Positions 1 through 9,021 of a stretch of 64,000 nt of DNA are shown here, piece by piece; positions within the stretch are counted from its first letter, which is position 1; the number at the start of each line of letters is the position of its first letter. Position numbers and translations under genes: made by a program. The notes under the pieces were generated by a model. The model had not been told where the DNA came from. It saw only the letters and a program-made list of their open reading frames with translations, and made no database searches. The DNA is from Flavobacteriales bacterium. Its GTDB lineage: Bacteria; Bacteroidota; Bacteroidia; Flavobacteriales_F; PHOS-HE28. The stretch covers positions 71,178 through 135,177 of the forward strand of contig JADKGB010000009.1 in assembly GCA_016717225.1 (NCBI GenBank), written 5' to 3'.

Positions 1-630
1 GCGACACTGTTCGCAGTGTTCCTGTTCATCTCGACATATGGTCAAAAACCTGCGCGTGCCAGCGGTGACTCAGTGCTGTACCACGCGATATTCATCCGTA
101 GCCCGTGGCTAACGTTCACCAACTGGATGGACGAAAAGAGCGTCGAGATGTACGAGTTGCACGTTGGATACAGGATCACCACACGCGACATCGTAGCCAT
201 CAAGGCGGCCACATGGAAGCTCTTCGAACCGATGGGTATCCCCTGGGGACCGCACAAGATTCAGGACGAGGAAGCATATCCTGGACGTCTCAGGGAGTAC
301 GGGGTCGGGGTGTGCTACCAACGCATGCTTTGGAAGGGGGCCTTCGCAGCGGTGGAAGTCATGCCCATGAAGAAGGTCTTCCTCGATGAGAGCGACAAGC
401 AGCTCGATACGGGCTTCAAGCTGTACACCTCATACCACTGGGCTATCAATGGAATCTGTGCAGAAAGAGACTCCTTCTTGAACCCCAGATCCATTTCAAC
501 TATTGGCCGGTCGATTCGGAGGGGCCCGCACAGTTCAAGGAGATGGAGGATCGGTGGAACAACTACTTCCTGTGGGAACCCAACCTCTACATCGGTTACA
601 ATTTCCTGCGCTAATGAAGTCCTGGTCACG
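1..630 (+). CDS. Hypothetical protein, 5' partial. The ORF is open to the window edge (GTG at 16). An apparent frameshift near 470-485 shifts the true C-terminus (...PQIHFNYWPVDSEGPAQFKEMEDRWNNYFLWEPNLYIGYNFLR*) to end at about 630.
   Basis: ORF 16..657 plus alternative-frame translation of 480-630 gives a protein-like sequence; no stop upstream of position 16 within the window. Confidence 0.3.
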
Positions 631-659
631 CGGCCAAAGCCCCCGAACACCGGATGACC

Positions 660-737
660 ATGAAAGCTGTACGCTACAACGCGTATGGCCCGCTCAAGGT
701 GCTCCACGTTAAGAGATCGAAGCATCGGCGGGAATGA
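660..737 (+). pseudogene. 26-codon N-terminal remnant of an MDR-family quinone oxidoreductase/ADH (MKAVRYNAYGPLKVLHV...), truncated.
   Basis: Direct translation resembles the N-termini of the paralogs at 2400 and 3774 (MKAVCYRAYGPPEVLKV / MKAIICPRYGPPDVLKM). Confidence 0.5.
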
Positions 738-791
738 CACGCTCCTTGCTCATCTCTTTGACCGCTGTATCGCCAACAACTAGCAACAGAC

Positions 792-1427
792 ATGAACATT
801 GAAAGAGTAAAGCAAAAGGGATTCGGTCTCTCGATCATTTCTTTTCCGCTCATGCTTTTCATCGGGTTCGTCTCACACCCGAACCTGCTGGCGATGGAAC
901 CGCTCCAAACCGTTGAGCAACTCGTTCATAGGTTCCATCACAATCCCATGTATCATTATGGCCACCTCATTGTAACAGCTGCGGTCCCGCTGATGATCGT
1001 CTACTTCGTAGGTGCGACGAACCTCCTACAAGGGGAGGGCAAGAAGTACGGATTTTGGGGTGGGGTCATCGGCGTGTTCGGGGCGTTCATCCTGGCGGTT
1101 GACAAAGGAGCCCTGTGCCTGACGATGTCAGCGTTCGACACACTTCCGGAAGAGCAGTTCGCGGCATGCACGCCCTACCTGCAGGTGGTCGTTGCCAAGA
1201 AGGGTTTGCTGTTCATCGTCTGGTTGCTGCCCGCGCTGATACTGGGAGGTGTGCTCCAGGCGATCGAGTTGATGAAGGAGAACATCATCGCAAAGTGGCA
1301 GGGTACACTGATCGTCGTGGGTCTCTTGTTGCTGCTCAACCCTGACATCGAATTGATAAGCTCGGTTGGTTCAGCTTTGATGTGCATAGCCTATATGCCT
1401 TGGGGTACTGCTGAACTGAGAAAATAG
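792..1427 (+). CDS. Hypothetical multi-pass membrane protein
   Basis: 211-aa ORF with several hydrophobic helices; no recognisable family motif. Confidence 0.4.
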   Translation: MNIERVKQKGFGLSIISFPLMLFIGFVSHPNLLAMEPLQTVEQLVHRFHHNPMYHYGHLIVTAAVPLMIVYFVGATNLLQGEGKKYGFWGGVIGVFGAFILAVDKGALCLTMSAFDTLPEEQFAACTPYLQVVVAKKGLLFIVWLLPALILGGVLQAIELMKENIIAKWQGTLIVVGLLLLLNPDIELISSVGSALMCIAYMPWGTAELRK

Positions 1428-1579
1428 CAGCCCTATGCAACGTTGGTATGCCCGTCGGCCATTGCGGTGGACTGTGGCGGCTGGACAGGGGTATCCATCT
1501 GACAGGTCTCACTATACCAGTTGACATACATCATTGGGATGAAGTTGGGACGAGGATAGGTTTGAAAACAAAAGATGCT

Positions 1580-2188
1580 ATGAAAACGTCAACGAGGTTC
1601 CTCTGCATCACAGCAGCCTTGGTCATTGGTCCGACCAACCAATTGAATGCACAGAATGACGCCGGACCGGATGCGCGCAAACAGGCCATCAGCGTATGTG
1701 CGCTTGCCATCCCGCTGATGAACCTGTATGTGATCAACTACGAGTACTTGTACCAGGACCGACATGGCCTGGCCGCGCGATTGGAATATGCTCCGAACCT
1801 GAAAGGCGAGAACACAAGAGGGGATGCACTTGGTGGTGTGCTCAACTACCGCTGGCATCTTTCGCCGAAGCTCAGCGGGTTCTTCGTGGGTCCTTATGCC
1901 CGGTACCGTTATGTCTATGGCTCGGGCAGTGTGGAAGGAACGGAGTACGACTTCGAGGTCCCTGAACTGAATGTCGGTGTGAACGGCGGGTATCGTTGGG
2001 TGGCGAAATGTGGGTTCAATGTTGTCCTGGCCGCTGGCTACGGCTACTCATCCGCGAAGGAGCGGCTCACGCCATCCAATGATGCCGTGATCGATGGTTT
2101 CAACGCGTTCAAGGATGCCGATGACGCGAATTCCTCGATGTTGGATGCGCCATTCTATGGCGAGTTCTCCATCGGATATGCATTTTGA
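1580..2188 (+). CDS. Putative outer-membrane beta-barrel protein (DUF3575-like) with signal peptide
   Basis: Internal Met start MKTSTRFLCITAALVIGPTNQLNAQ is signal-peptide-like; alternating aromatic/Gly-rich beta-strand pattern; C-terminal ...GYAF. Confidence 0.45.
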   Translation: MKTSTRFLCITAALVIGPTNQLNAQNDAGPDARKQAISVCALAIPLMNLYVINYEYLYQDRHGLAARLEYAPNLKGENTRGDALGGVLNYRWHLSPKLSGFFVGPYARYRYVYGSGSVEGTEYDFEVPELNVGVNGGYRWVAKCGFNVVLAAGYGYSSAKERLTPSNDAVIDGFNAFKDADDANSSMLDAPFYGEFSIGYAF

Positions 2189-2399
2189 TCTCATCGAAGG
2201 AGGTCATGGCAGCAGGAGGGTCAACGTTCACCGGGGACACTGACCAATGTCATGGGGAGTTGCTGGTTGATCGAGTTGGTTTGATCAGCTGAAAGCAAAC
2301 TCAAGGTCATGAAAAGTACCAGGTCCTTCGCGATACCGTTCGCAGTGTTCCTGCGATGAACCTTGACCTGTTCCGCCTGCTCGAACTCCCCATCATCAG

Positions 2400-3401
2400 A
2401 TGACCATGAAAGCCGTTTGCTACCGAGCGTATGGCCCGCCCGAGGTGCTCAAGGTCGAGGACGTCGAAACGCCGGTCGTTGGAGCGGGCGATGTGCTCAT
2501 CAAGGTCAAGGCCGTTTCGGTGAACTTCGGTGACCTGATCGCGCGGAGGTTCGGCAAGGTGCGCCCCAGCGAGTTCAACATGCCATGGTTGTTCTGGTTC
2601 CTCGCCCGGTTCACCTTCGGGTGGAGCAAGCCGAAGAAGCGAGTGCTGGGCAATGAGTTCGCCGGAGAGGTTGTGGCTGTGGGCACCGATGTGCAACGTT
2701 TCAAGGCTGGTGATGCCGTCTTCGCTTACACCAAGGAGAGCATGGGGGGCTATGCGGATTACGTGTCGATGCCTGCGAACGGAATGGTCGCAATGAAGCC
2801 GGTGAACTTGTCCTACGCACAGGCCGCCGCAGTGCCGTATGGAGCGCTCACGGCTTTGCCGCTCTTGAGCAAGACCACCCTCGGTCCGCATCAGCGTGTA
2901 CTGGTCATCGGCGCTTCCGGCGGGATCGGTTCAGCCGCTGTGCAGCTTGCCAGGAACCACTTTGGCGCCCAGGTAACGGGGGTGTGTGGAACGAGCAGCG
3001 TTGAGTACGTGAAGCAGCTCGGGGCCGATCAGGTGATCGATCATCGGAAGGAGGACTACGCCGCCGGGAACGCGACCTACGACCTGATCTTCGATGTCCT
3101 GGGCAAGGGCAGTTTCGGCCGGTTGAAGCCCCTGCTCACGCCCAAGGGCGTCTACTTCAGCGTCAGCTTCAAGATGAAGAAGGTGCTGCAGATGATCTGG
3201 ACAGGGATCACAGGCGGCAAGCGGGTGCGATGCGCACTGGCCACACAGGGGCCGAAGGACATCGAGCTCATCCGGGAAATGGTGGAGCGCGGCAAGCTCA
3301 TTCCGGTGATCGACAAAAGCTACCCGCTGGAGGAAGCCGCAGCAGCGCATCGCTACGCCGAAAGCGGGAACAGGAAAGGGAGCATCGTGCTGGTGCCCTG
3401 A
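2400..3401 (+). CDS. Zinc-binding alcohol dehydrogenase / NADPH:quinone reductase family (MDR superfamily) oxidoreductase
   Basis: MKAVCYRAYGPPEVLKVEDVETP...GASGGIGSAAVQLA Rossmann GxGxxG; C-terminal AHRYAESGNRKGSIVLVP typical of the family. Confidence 0.85.
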   Translation: MTMKAVCYRAYGPPEVLKVEDVETPVVGAGDVLIKVKAVSVNFGDLIARRFGKVRPSEFNMPWLFWFLARFTFGWSKPKKRVLGNEFAGEVVAVGTDVQRFKAGDAVFAYTKESMGGYADYVSMPANGMVAMKPVNLSYAQAAAVPYGALTALPLLSKTTLGPHQRVLVIGASGGIGSAAVQLARNHFGAQVTGVCGTSSVEYVKQLGADQVIDHRKEDYAAGNATYDLIFDVLGKGSFGRLKPLLTPKGVYFSVSFKMKKVLQMIWTGITGGKRVRCALATQGPKDIELIREMVERGKLIPVIDKSYPLEEAAAAHRYAESGNRKGSIVLVP

Positions 3402-3540
3402 GCCATGGTTAAGTGACGAACGTCACCCCGGAAGGATCCGGTCCGTATGACCTTCGATAGGTGAGCACCGCTTTTCGTTTTTCGCGGACAGCGGTTGACG
3501 TGCTCACCACGAATAAACCGAGCAACATGTCGCACAACAG

Positions 3541-3620
3541 AATTCTGGTCCGGGGGGGGGGGGGGGGGCCCGGGGGGGGGGGGGGGGCGCCCCCCCCCCC
3601 AAAAACCGGGGCCGGCGCCG
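3541..3620. repeat. Extreme low-complexity tract: G18-CCC-G17-CGC-C12-A5 and flanking G-runs
   Basis: Directly seen; intergenic between the two ADH paralogs. Confidence 0.9.
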
Positions 3621-3773
3621 ATGGGGGGTGCTTTTGGGCCTTCGTCGCAGGGTCGGCGACAAGCAGCCGGCAACTCCACCCACTGGGAACACGCCCTGTT
3701 CAAAGACGGTCCTTGCACCTTGCTGCCAGGCCGCGCCCGCTCGGCGTCAAATTCTAGAAGGTTGGCGATGAAA

Positions 3774-4744
3774 GCCATCATCTGCCCCGGTACGGCCCAC
3801 CCGATGTGCTGAAGATGGTGGACATGGATCGACCTGTCGCAGGGAACGATCAGGTCTTGATCAAGGTGCACTACACCACCGTAACCGTTGCGGATTCCCG
3901 GGTGCGGGGCTTCAATGTGCCACCTTCATTTTGGCTGCCCGCGAAACTGGCCTTGGGTTGGTCGAAGCCGAAGCGAGCGATCCTCGGAACTGAATTGTCC
4001 GGAGTGATCGAAGCTGTTGGGAAGAACGTCAAGCGGTTCCGCGTCGGCGATGAGGTGTTCGCATTCCCTGGGGAGAAGGGCGGTGGTTATGCGGAGTTCA
4101 TGTGCATGAACGAGAACGACTGCATCGCCCCCAAGCCCGTGGGTCTGGGCTTCGATCAAGCGGCCGCCTTGTCCCTCGGTGCGATGACGGCGTTGTATTT
4201 TCTCCAGAAGGGAAAGGTGGCCAAGGGAGAACGGATCCTGATCTACGGTGCATCGGGGAGCATGGGCACCGCGGCTGTGCAGATCGCCAAATACCTCGGT
4301 GCCGAAGTGACCGGTGTATGCAGCACGACCAACCTGGAACTGGTGCGGCAGCTCGGTGCCGATGAGGTGATCGACTACACGAAGACGGACTTCACCGCCT
4401 TTGGCAAGCGGTACGACGTGGTCTTCGATACGGTCGGCAAGACCAATGCGGCCAAGGTCGCCAAGTGCATCAATGCAGGTGGGCGGTACCTCCATGCGGT
4501 AGCCACACCGGGTACCACATTCCTGAGCCGGCTTGCGTTGATGGGAACCGGAATACCGTTCATCGGTGGTACGGAGAAGGGAACGATCGCGAAGCTCGAT
4601 TTCATCAAGAAGCTGGCTGATGAAGGATCCTTCAAACCGGTCATCGACCGGCACTACCGTTTCGATGAGATGGTGGCCGCGCATGCATACGTGGACCAAG
4701 GGCACAAGAAGGGCAACGTGGTGATCAAGGTGAGCGGAACATAG
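3774..4744 (+). CDS. Second MDR-family quinone oxidoreductase/ADH paralog. The annotated ORF starts at 3806, but the true start is ATG at 3774 (MKAIICP-RYGPPDVLKMVDMD...), disrupted by a 1-bp deletion in a C-run at about 3795.
   Basis: Translation of 3774 onward in one frame gives MKAIICPGTAHPMC*; adding one C restores MKAIICPRYGPPDVLKMVD, contiguous with ORF 3806..4744; the remainder is an MDR family member (GASGSMGTAAVQIA). Confidence 0.8.
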
Positions 4745-4758
4745 CCCACACCCTGCTC

Positions 4759-5607
4759 ATGGAATTCACCACCTCGGATGGTTGCGCGCTGTTCGCCTAT
4801 GTGTTCACACCGAAGCTGCCATATCGGAGCACGGTCCATGCAGTGGCCGGCGTAACGGGCATCAACCACGAGAAGGAAGGCGCCATGATCGAACTGCTCG
4901 CCAACGGAGAAAACAGGGTGGTGATCATGCATCCCAGGGGCACCGGCCTTTCGCAAGGTAAGCGCGGCGATTTCCTTAGCATCAACAGGCTGGTGGATGA
5001 CCTCGTTGAATTCATCCAGTGGGACCGTGCACAGGATCCGTCGCGTCGCGTGTACTTCCTTTACGGTCACAGCATGTCCACCGCCTTGTTGCTCGCGGCC
5101 GCGGAGCGACTGGAAGGCATCGCCGGAGCGATCCTCGTGAACCCGCCGTACCTGCGCAAACGGGCGAAAGGCATGTCGCCCACCGCATGGCAGATCCTCA
5201 ACTACGCGTTCCACTACCTCTTCGCGCGGCACACGCCTGTAGTGGACATGGGCGGTGATCCTTCGCGCATTGCGAACGAAGAGGATCGGCGTGAAGCGGA
5301 GGAGAAGCGGAATGATCCGCTTTTGGTGAACATCCTCAGCTTGCACTCCATGCTGGAAGTGCAAAGACTGTTAGGCCGAACTCTTGGCTACTGCCGAAGG
5401 GCCAACTACCCCATGTTGCTTATCCATGGCTTGCAGGACCCGGTCGTTGAAAGAGCAGGCTGTGACCGGATCTTCGAACAGTGGCAACACCCGGACAAGG
5501 AATACCGGCTGATCGCGGACGGCGGGCATGGACGATCCACCGTTCTCGGAGCGCGGGATCAAATACAGATGTGGTTGAAGGAGCATGGAACGGTTCGTAC
5601 ACAATGA
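4759..5607 (+). CDS. Alpha/beta hydrolase (lysophospholipase/monoacylglycerol-lipase-like)
   Basis: GHSMS nucleophile elbow (GxSxG), 282 aa, C-terminal His region (ADGGHG). Confidence 0.7.
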   Translation: MEFTTSDGCALFAYVFTPKLPYRSTVHAVAGVTGINHEKEGAMIELLANGENRVVIMHPRGTGLSQGKRGDFLSINRLVDDLVEFIQWDRAQDPSRRVYFLYGHSMSTALLLAAAERLEGIAGAILVNPPYLRKRAKGMSPTAWQILNYAFHYLFARHTPVVDMGGDPSRIANEEDRREAEEKRNDPLLVNILSLHSMLEVQRLLGRTLGYCRRANYPMLLIHGLQDPVVERAGCDRIFEQWQHPDKEYRLIADGGHGRSTVLGARDQIQMWLKEHGTVRTQ

Positions 5608-5834
5608 AGCCAGCCATTGAGGCCAGGGTGGTCGTATGTGCATGAGCGTTAATACCGATGTATCGCCTTGCGTTGGGGGACTATATTCAGTGTTCAGCCA
5701 TGATACGTCCATGGTAGCGGGAAAACTGAACATCGGATCCTCTCGACGCTTTAGTGCGATAGGCTCATATCATCGAGCAATGATGGGTGCCCAGCAGGCG
5801 CCCTTCGCAAGGACCAATGCGACGATGGTCACAA

Positions 5835-5892
5835 GGTCCCCCGCGCCTCCTGCTCCCGTTCGATCGCCTCGAACAGCGCCTTGAAGTTGCCT
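5835..5892. repeat. Degenerate direct-repeat copy of the hppD 3' terminus. On the minus strand it encodes ...GNFKALFEAIEREQEARGTL* with its own stop.
   Basis: 45/46-nt identity with 6117-6161 (ctcctgctcccg[t/c]tcgatcgcctcgaacagcgccttgaagttgcc); flanks diverge but stay protein-similar. Confidence 0.85.
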
Positions 5893-5927
5893 CCCGATGG
5901 ATCTAGGACGCTGACGCTTGCCGAAGC

Positions 5928-6083
5928 TCACTTCTTCTTACGCGCCTTCTTGACGGACTTCTTCAGGATGGACTTCCGTGCCAATTGCCTCAAGTCCGAA
6001 TTGGGGTCATCCGCCTGCTCATCGACCTCTTTCTTGGAAAGGCTTTTGACGCTTTTGCGAGTGAGGTGTATTCTCCGTGACAT
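5928..6083 (-). CDS. Small basic hypothetical protein (51 aa, MSRRIHLTRKSVKSLSKKEVDEQADDPNSDLRQLARKSILKKSVKKARKKK) lying between the duplicated hppD 3' ends. It may simply be a scrambled hppD C-terminal remnant.
   Basis: Manual translation of the minus strand; absent from the ORF track because it is under 60 aa; its 3' part shows weak nucleotide similarity to the hppD ...RKGAKSFGK region. Confidence 0.2.
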   Translation of the reverse strand: MSRRIHLTRKSVKSLSKKEVDEQADDPNSDLRQLARKSILKKSVKKARKKK

Positions 6084-6097
6084 TTTGACTCCGAGAG

Positions 6098-7200
6098 CTA
6101 CAACGTCCCCCTGTTCTCCTGCTCCCGCTCGATCGCCTCGAACAGCGCCTTGAAGTTGCCCTTGCCGAAGCTCTTCGCGCCCTTGCGCTGGATGATCTCG
6201 AAGAACATCGTGGGGCGGTCCAGCACCGGCTTGGTGAATAGCTGTAAGAGGTAACCCTCGTCGTCGCGGTCCACCAGCACGCCGTGCTCTTTTAGAACAC
6301 CAAGGTCCTCGTCGATCTCGCCTACGCGGTCCATCACCGTGTCGTAGTAGGATGACGGAACATAGAGGAATTCCACGCCGCGGTCTTTCAACTGCGTAAC
6401 TGTTTCGATGATGTTGTTGGTCGCCACCGCGATGTGCTGCACACCCGCTCCATTGTAGAAGTCGATGTACTCCTCGATCTGGCTCTTCTTCTTGCCCTCG
6501 GCCGGCTCGTTGATCGGGAACTTGATGCGGCCGTTGCCGTTGCTCATCACCTTGCTCATCAGCGCGGTGTACTCGGTGCTGATGTCCTTGTCATCGAAGC
6601 TCACGAGCTGCGCGAAGCCCATCACGCGGGCGTAGAAATCCACCCAGGTGTTCATCTCGCCCCAGCCCACGTTGCCCACCATGTGGTCGATGAACTTCAG
6701 GCCCACCGGCGGCGGGTTGTAGTGGCTCTTCCACGGCTTGAAGCCGGGCATGAACGCGCCCTTGTAGTTGTCGCGCTCCACGAAGATGTGTACCGTCTCC
6801 CCGTAGGTGTGGATGCCGCTGCGCACCACATAGCCATGCTCATCCTCTTCGCGCACCGGCTCCATGAAGCTCTTCGCGCCGCGCTTGTGGTCTCCTCCCA
6901 GGCCTTGCGCGCGTCGGGCACCCAGAGGGCGATCACCTTCACGCCATCGCCATGCTTGCGGATGTGCTCGTCGATCGGGCTGTCCGGGGTCATCGGCGTG
7001 GTGAGCACCAAGGGGATCTTGTCCTGCACCAGCACGTAGCTCGTGCGGTCCTTCATGCCGGTCTCCAGCCCGCGTAGGGCCAGCCTCGGGAAACCCCCAG
7101 GCGCGTCTTGTAATAGTGTGCGCTCTGCTTGGCGTTGCCCACATAGAGTTCCACGTAGTCCGTGCCCAGCAGGGGCAGGAAATCCCGGGCCCGGGCCCCG
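6098..7200 (-). CDS. hppD: 4-hydroxyphenylpyruvate dioxygenase (HPPD). It is split across three frames by homopolymer indels, and the N-terminus runs into a poly-G/C tract.
   Basis: C-terminal half matches HPPD closely (HIAVATNNIIETVTQLKDRGVEFL..., GYLLQLFTKPVLDRPTMFFEIIQRKGAKSFGKGNFKALFEAIEREQ); middle MKDRTSYVLVQDKIPLV...HGDGVKVIALWVPDARKAWEET and N-terminal DYVELYVGNAKQSAHYYKTRLG lie in other frames; the ACCACCAAG to ACCACAAG type 1-bp loss was identified by eye. Confidence 0.85.
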
Positions 7201-7335
7201 GCCCTCCCCCCGGCGGGGGGGGCCCCCTTTCCCCCCGGGCCGCCCGGGGTGGTGTGATGACGGGGGGAGGGGGGGGCCCCGGGGGGGGTGGGGGGTTTGG
7301 CGGGGTCAATCTTTGGGCGTGTCCCCCCCCCGCGA
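7185..7335. repeat. Second G/C-only low-complexity tract (runs of C6-C9/G8-G9 etc.) replacing the hppD start and upstream region
   Basis: Directly seen; spurious ORFs translate it as Pro/Gly strings. Confidence 0.9.
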
Positions 7336-7421
7336 GACTGGTCGGGTGGCTTCTCCCCTTCAAGTCCTCGCCTAAGAAGGCTCCGGGCTTTCCGGTACAA
7401 TCCCTCACGCGGGACCCGGCC

Positions 7422-7772
7422 TTACTCCGGAAGATCCACGAGGATGGCCTCAAGCTGTCGTTTCAATGGCGGCATGTGCTCATTCACCACCTCGGCAACG
7501 ATGGCGGTATCGATGCGGAAATAGTCGTGCACCAGTCGATGCCGCATACCGATGATCAATGGCCACGGCACTTCAGGGTGCGCGGACCGCAATTCCTTGG
7601 TAAGCATGTTCGCTGCCTCGCCGATGATCTCGATCAGCTTCACCGTTCCGAAGCGCAGCATCGGGTCGTCATCGAGTTCCTTTTCTGAAGCGCTCGCCGG
7701 GCTGGCCTCCAACTGCCGGATCGCGTCCAGCATGTGCAGCACCCGCGCACGGTCGGCCTCAGCTGCGCGCAT
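7422..7772 (-). CDS. hepT: HepT-like toxin (DUF86, nucleotidyltransferase substrate-binding family) with no MntA partner
   Basis: 116 aa; RX4HXY motif present as RHRLVHDY; typical size; no nucleotidyltransferase ORF in the 46 nt before the hmgA stop. Confidence 0.65.
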   Translation of the reverse strand: MRAAEADRARVLHMLDAIRQLEASPASASEKELDDDPMLRFGTVKLIEIIGEAANMLTKELRSAHPEVPWPLIIGMRHRLVHDYFRIDTAIVAEVVNEHMPPLKRQLEAILVDLPE

Positions 7773-7817
7773 AGATCAGTCGCTTGTCGCGATCCACGAA
7801 AGGTTTCACATGCGGGC

Positions 7818-8966
7818 TCAGGCCCTTGGGGGGGGTCCCCCCCCCCCCCCCTTCAACTCCTCCGTCACCATCAACGGCTTGAAGGTATCCACCATCACCG
7901 CTAATTCGTCCGTGACCTTCTTGCCGATGGAACGCTCCATGGCTCCAGGGTGCGGGCCGTGCGGAATGCCGGCCGGGTGCAAACTGATGTGGCCCGGGCC
8001 GATGTCGTTGCGGCTCATGAAGTCGCCGTCCACGTAGTACAGCACCTCGTCACTATCGATGTTGCTGTGGTTGTATGGGGCAGGAATGGCGAGCGGGTGG
8101 TAGTCGTACAAACGCGGTACGAAGCTGCACACCACGAATGCATCCGTTTCGAAGGTCTGGTGAACCGGCGGAGGCTGGTGTACGCGACCGGTCAGTGGCT
8201 CGAAGTCGTGGATGCTGAACGCGTATGGGTAATTGTAGCCGTCCCAGCCCACCACATCGAAGGGGTGGCTGGCGTACACGAACTCGTGCAACAGTCCCTG
8301 CTTCTTTACCTTGATGATGAAGTCGTCCTTCTCGTCGTGCGTCTCCAGTTTCTTCGGGCGACGGATGTCGCGCTCGCAGAAAGGCGAGTGCTCCAGCAGC
8401 TGGCCGAAGTAGTTGCGGTAGCGCTTCGGCGTGTACATCGGCCGGTGGCTTTCCACGATGAACAGGCGGTTGTCGCTGTCCTTGAACTCCATCGTGTAGA
8501 TCATCCCGCGCGGGATCATCAGGTAGTCGCCGTACTTGAAATCGATGTTGCCCAAGAAAGTGCGCAAGGTGCCACTGCCCTTGTGGATGAAGATCATCTC
8601 ATCGCAGTCGGCGTTCTTGTAGAAGTAGTCCACGCTCTTCGCCTGCGGTGCGGCGAGCACGATGGCGCAGTCGCTGTTCACCAGCATGGTCTTGCGCGCG
8701 GCCAGGTGGTCCTTCTCCGGCTTGGTCTTGAAACCATGCAAACGCAACGAGCGCATGTTCTTCTCGATCGCGATCTTGGGTGACACGTCCTTGGCCTTGC
8801 GCAACTCCTTCACCATCGTGGGGCGATGGGTGTGGTAGCTCAGGGTGCTCATGCCATCGAAGCCCACAGTGCCGAAGAGCTGTTCGTAGAAGAAGCGGTC
8901 CTTGCCGTTCTTGAATACGGTGTGCCGCTTGTGCGGGATCTTGCCGAGGGTGTGGTAGATGGGCAT
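7818..8966 (-). CDS. hmgA: Homogentisate 1,2-dioxygenase
   Basis: 382 aa; MPIYHTLGKIPHKRHTVF...; cupin regions conserved throughout; the C-terminal few residues are affected by the poly-G/C tract. Confidence 0.9.
   Translation of the reverse strand: MPIYHTLGKIPHKRHTVFKNGKDRFFYEQLFGTVGFDGMSTLSYHTHRPTMVKELRKAKDVSPKIAIEKNMRSLRLHGFKTKPEKDHLAARKTMLVNSDCAIVLAAPQAKSVDYFYKNADCDEMIFIHKGSGTLRTFLGNIDFKYGDYLMIPRGMIYTMEFKDSDNRLFIVESHRPMYTPKRYRNYFGQLLEHSPFCERDIRRPKKLETHDEKDDFIIKVKKQGLLHEFVYASHPFDVVGWDGYNYPYAFSIHDFEPLTGRVHQPPPVHQTFETDAFVVCSFVPRLYDYHPLAIPAPYNHSNIDSDEVLYYVDGDFMSRNDIGPGHISLHPAGIPHGPHPGAMERSIGKKVTDELAVMVDTFKPLMVTEELKGGGGGPPPRA
7828..7850. repeat. Third G8/C16 homopolymer tract at the hmgA 3' end
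   Basis: Directly seen (ggggggggtcccccccccccccccc); corrupts the last hmgA codons (…LKGGGGGPPPRA*). Confidence 0.9.
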
Positions 8967-8976
8967 TGAGGAGGTT

Positions 8977-8999
8977 GCGTGTTGACGTGTTACGTGTTC
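8977..8999. promoter_or_regulatory. Three tandem direct repeats of cgtgtt(a/g)a in the hmgA upstream region; candidate transcription-factor site
   Basis: gcgtgttgacgtgttacgtgtt sits immediately upstream of the hmgA start on the coding strand. Confidence 0.25.
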
Positions 9000-9021
9000 C
9001 GGATTCTCCGTTCGCGCAAGC

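Noticed and set aside
10-2354. Exact 16-bp repeat gttcgcagtgttcctg at 10-25 and 2339-2354
   Set aside because: A 16-mer match by chance is expected about once in a 64 kb two-strand comparison. There is no flanking similarity or structure.
3353-3871. ORFs translating to poly-Pro/Gly strings (for example 3353-3871 minus, 3461-3812 plus; also 7043-7400 and 7116-7688)
   Set aside because: They are translations through the poly-G/poly-C tracts and have no protein-like composition.
6434-8783. Long antisense ORFs opposite hppD (6434-7039 plus) and hmgA (7950-8783 plus, 277 aa)
   Set aside because: High-GC antisense frames. The sense strands carry unmistakable HPPD and HGD homology.
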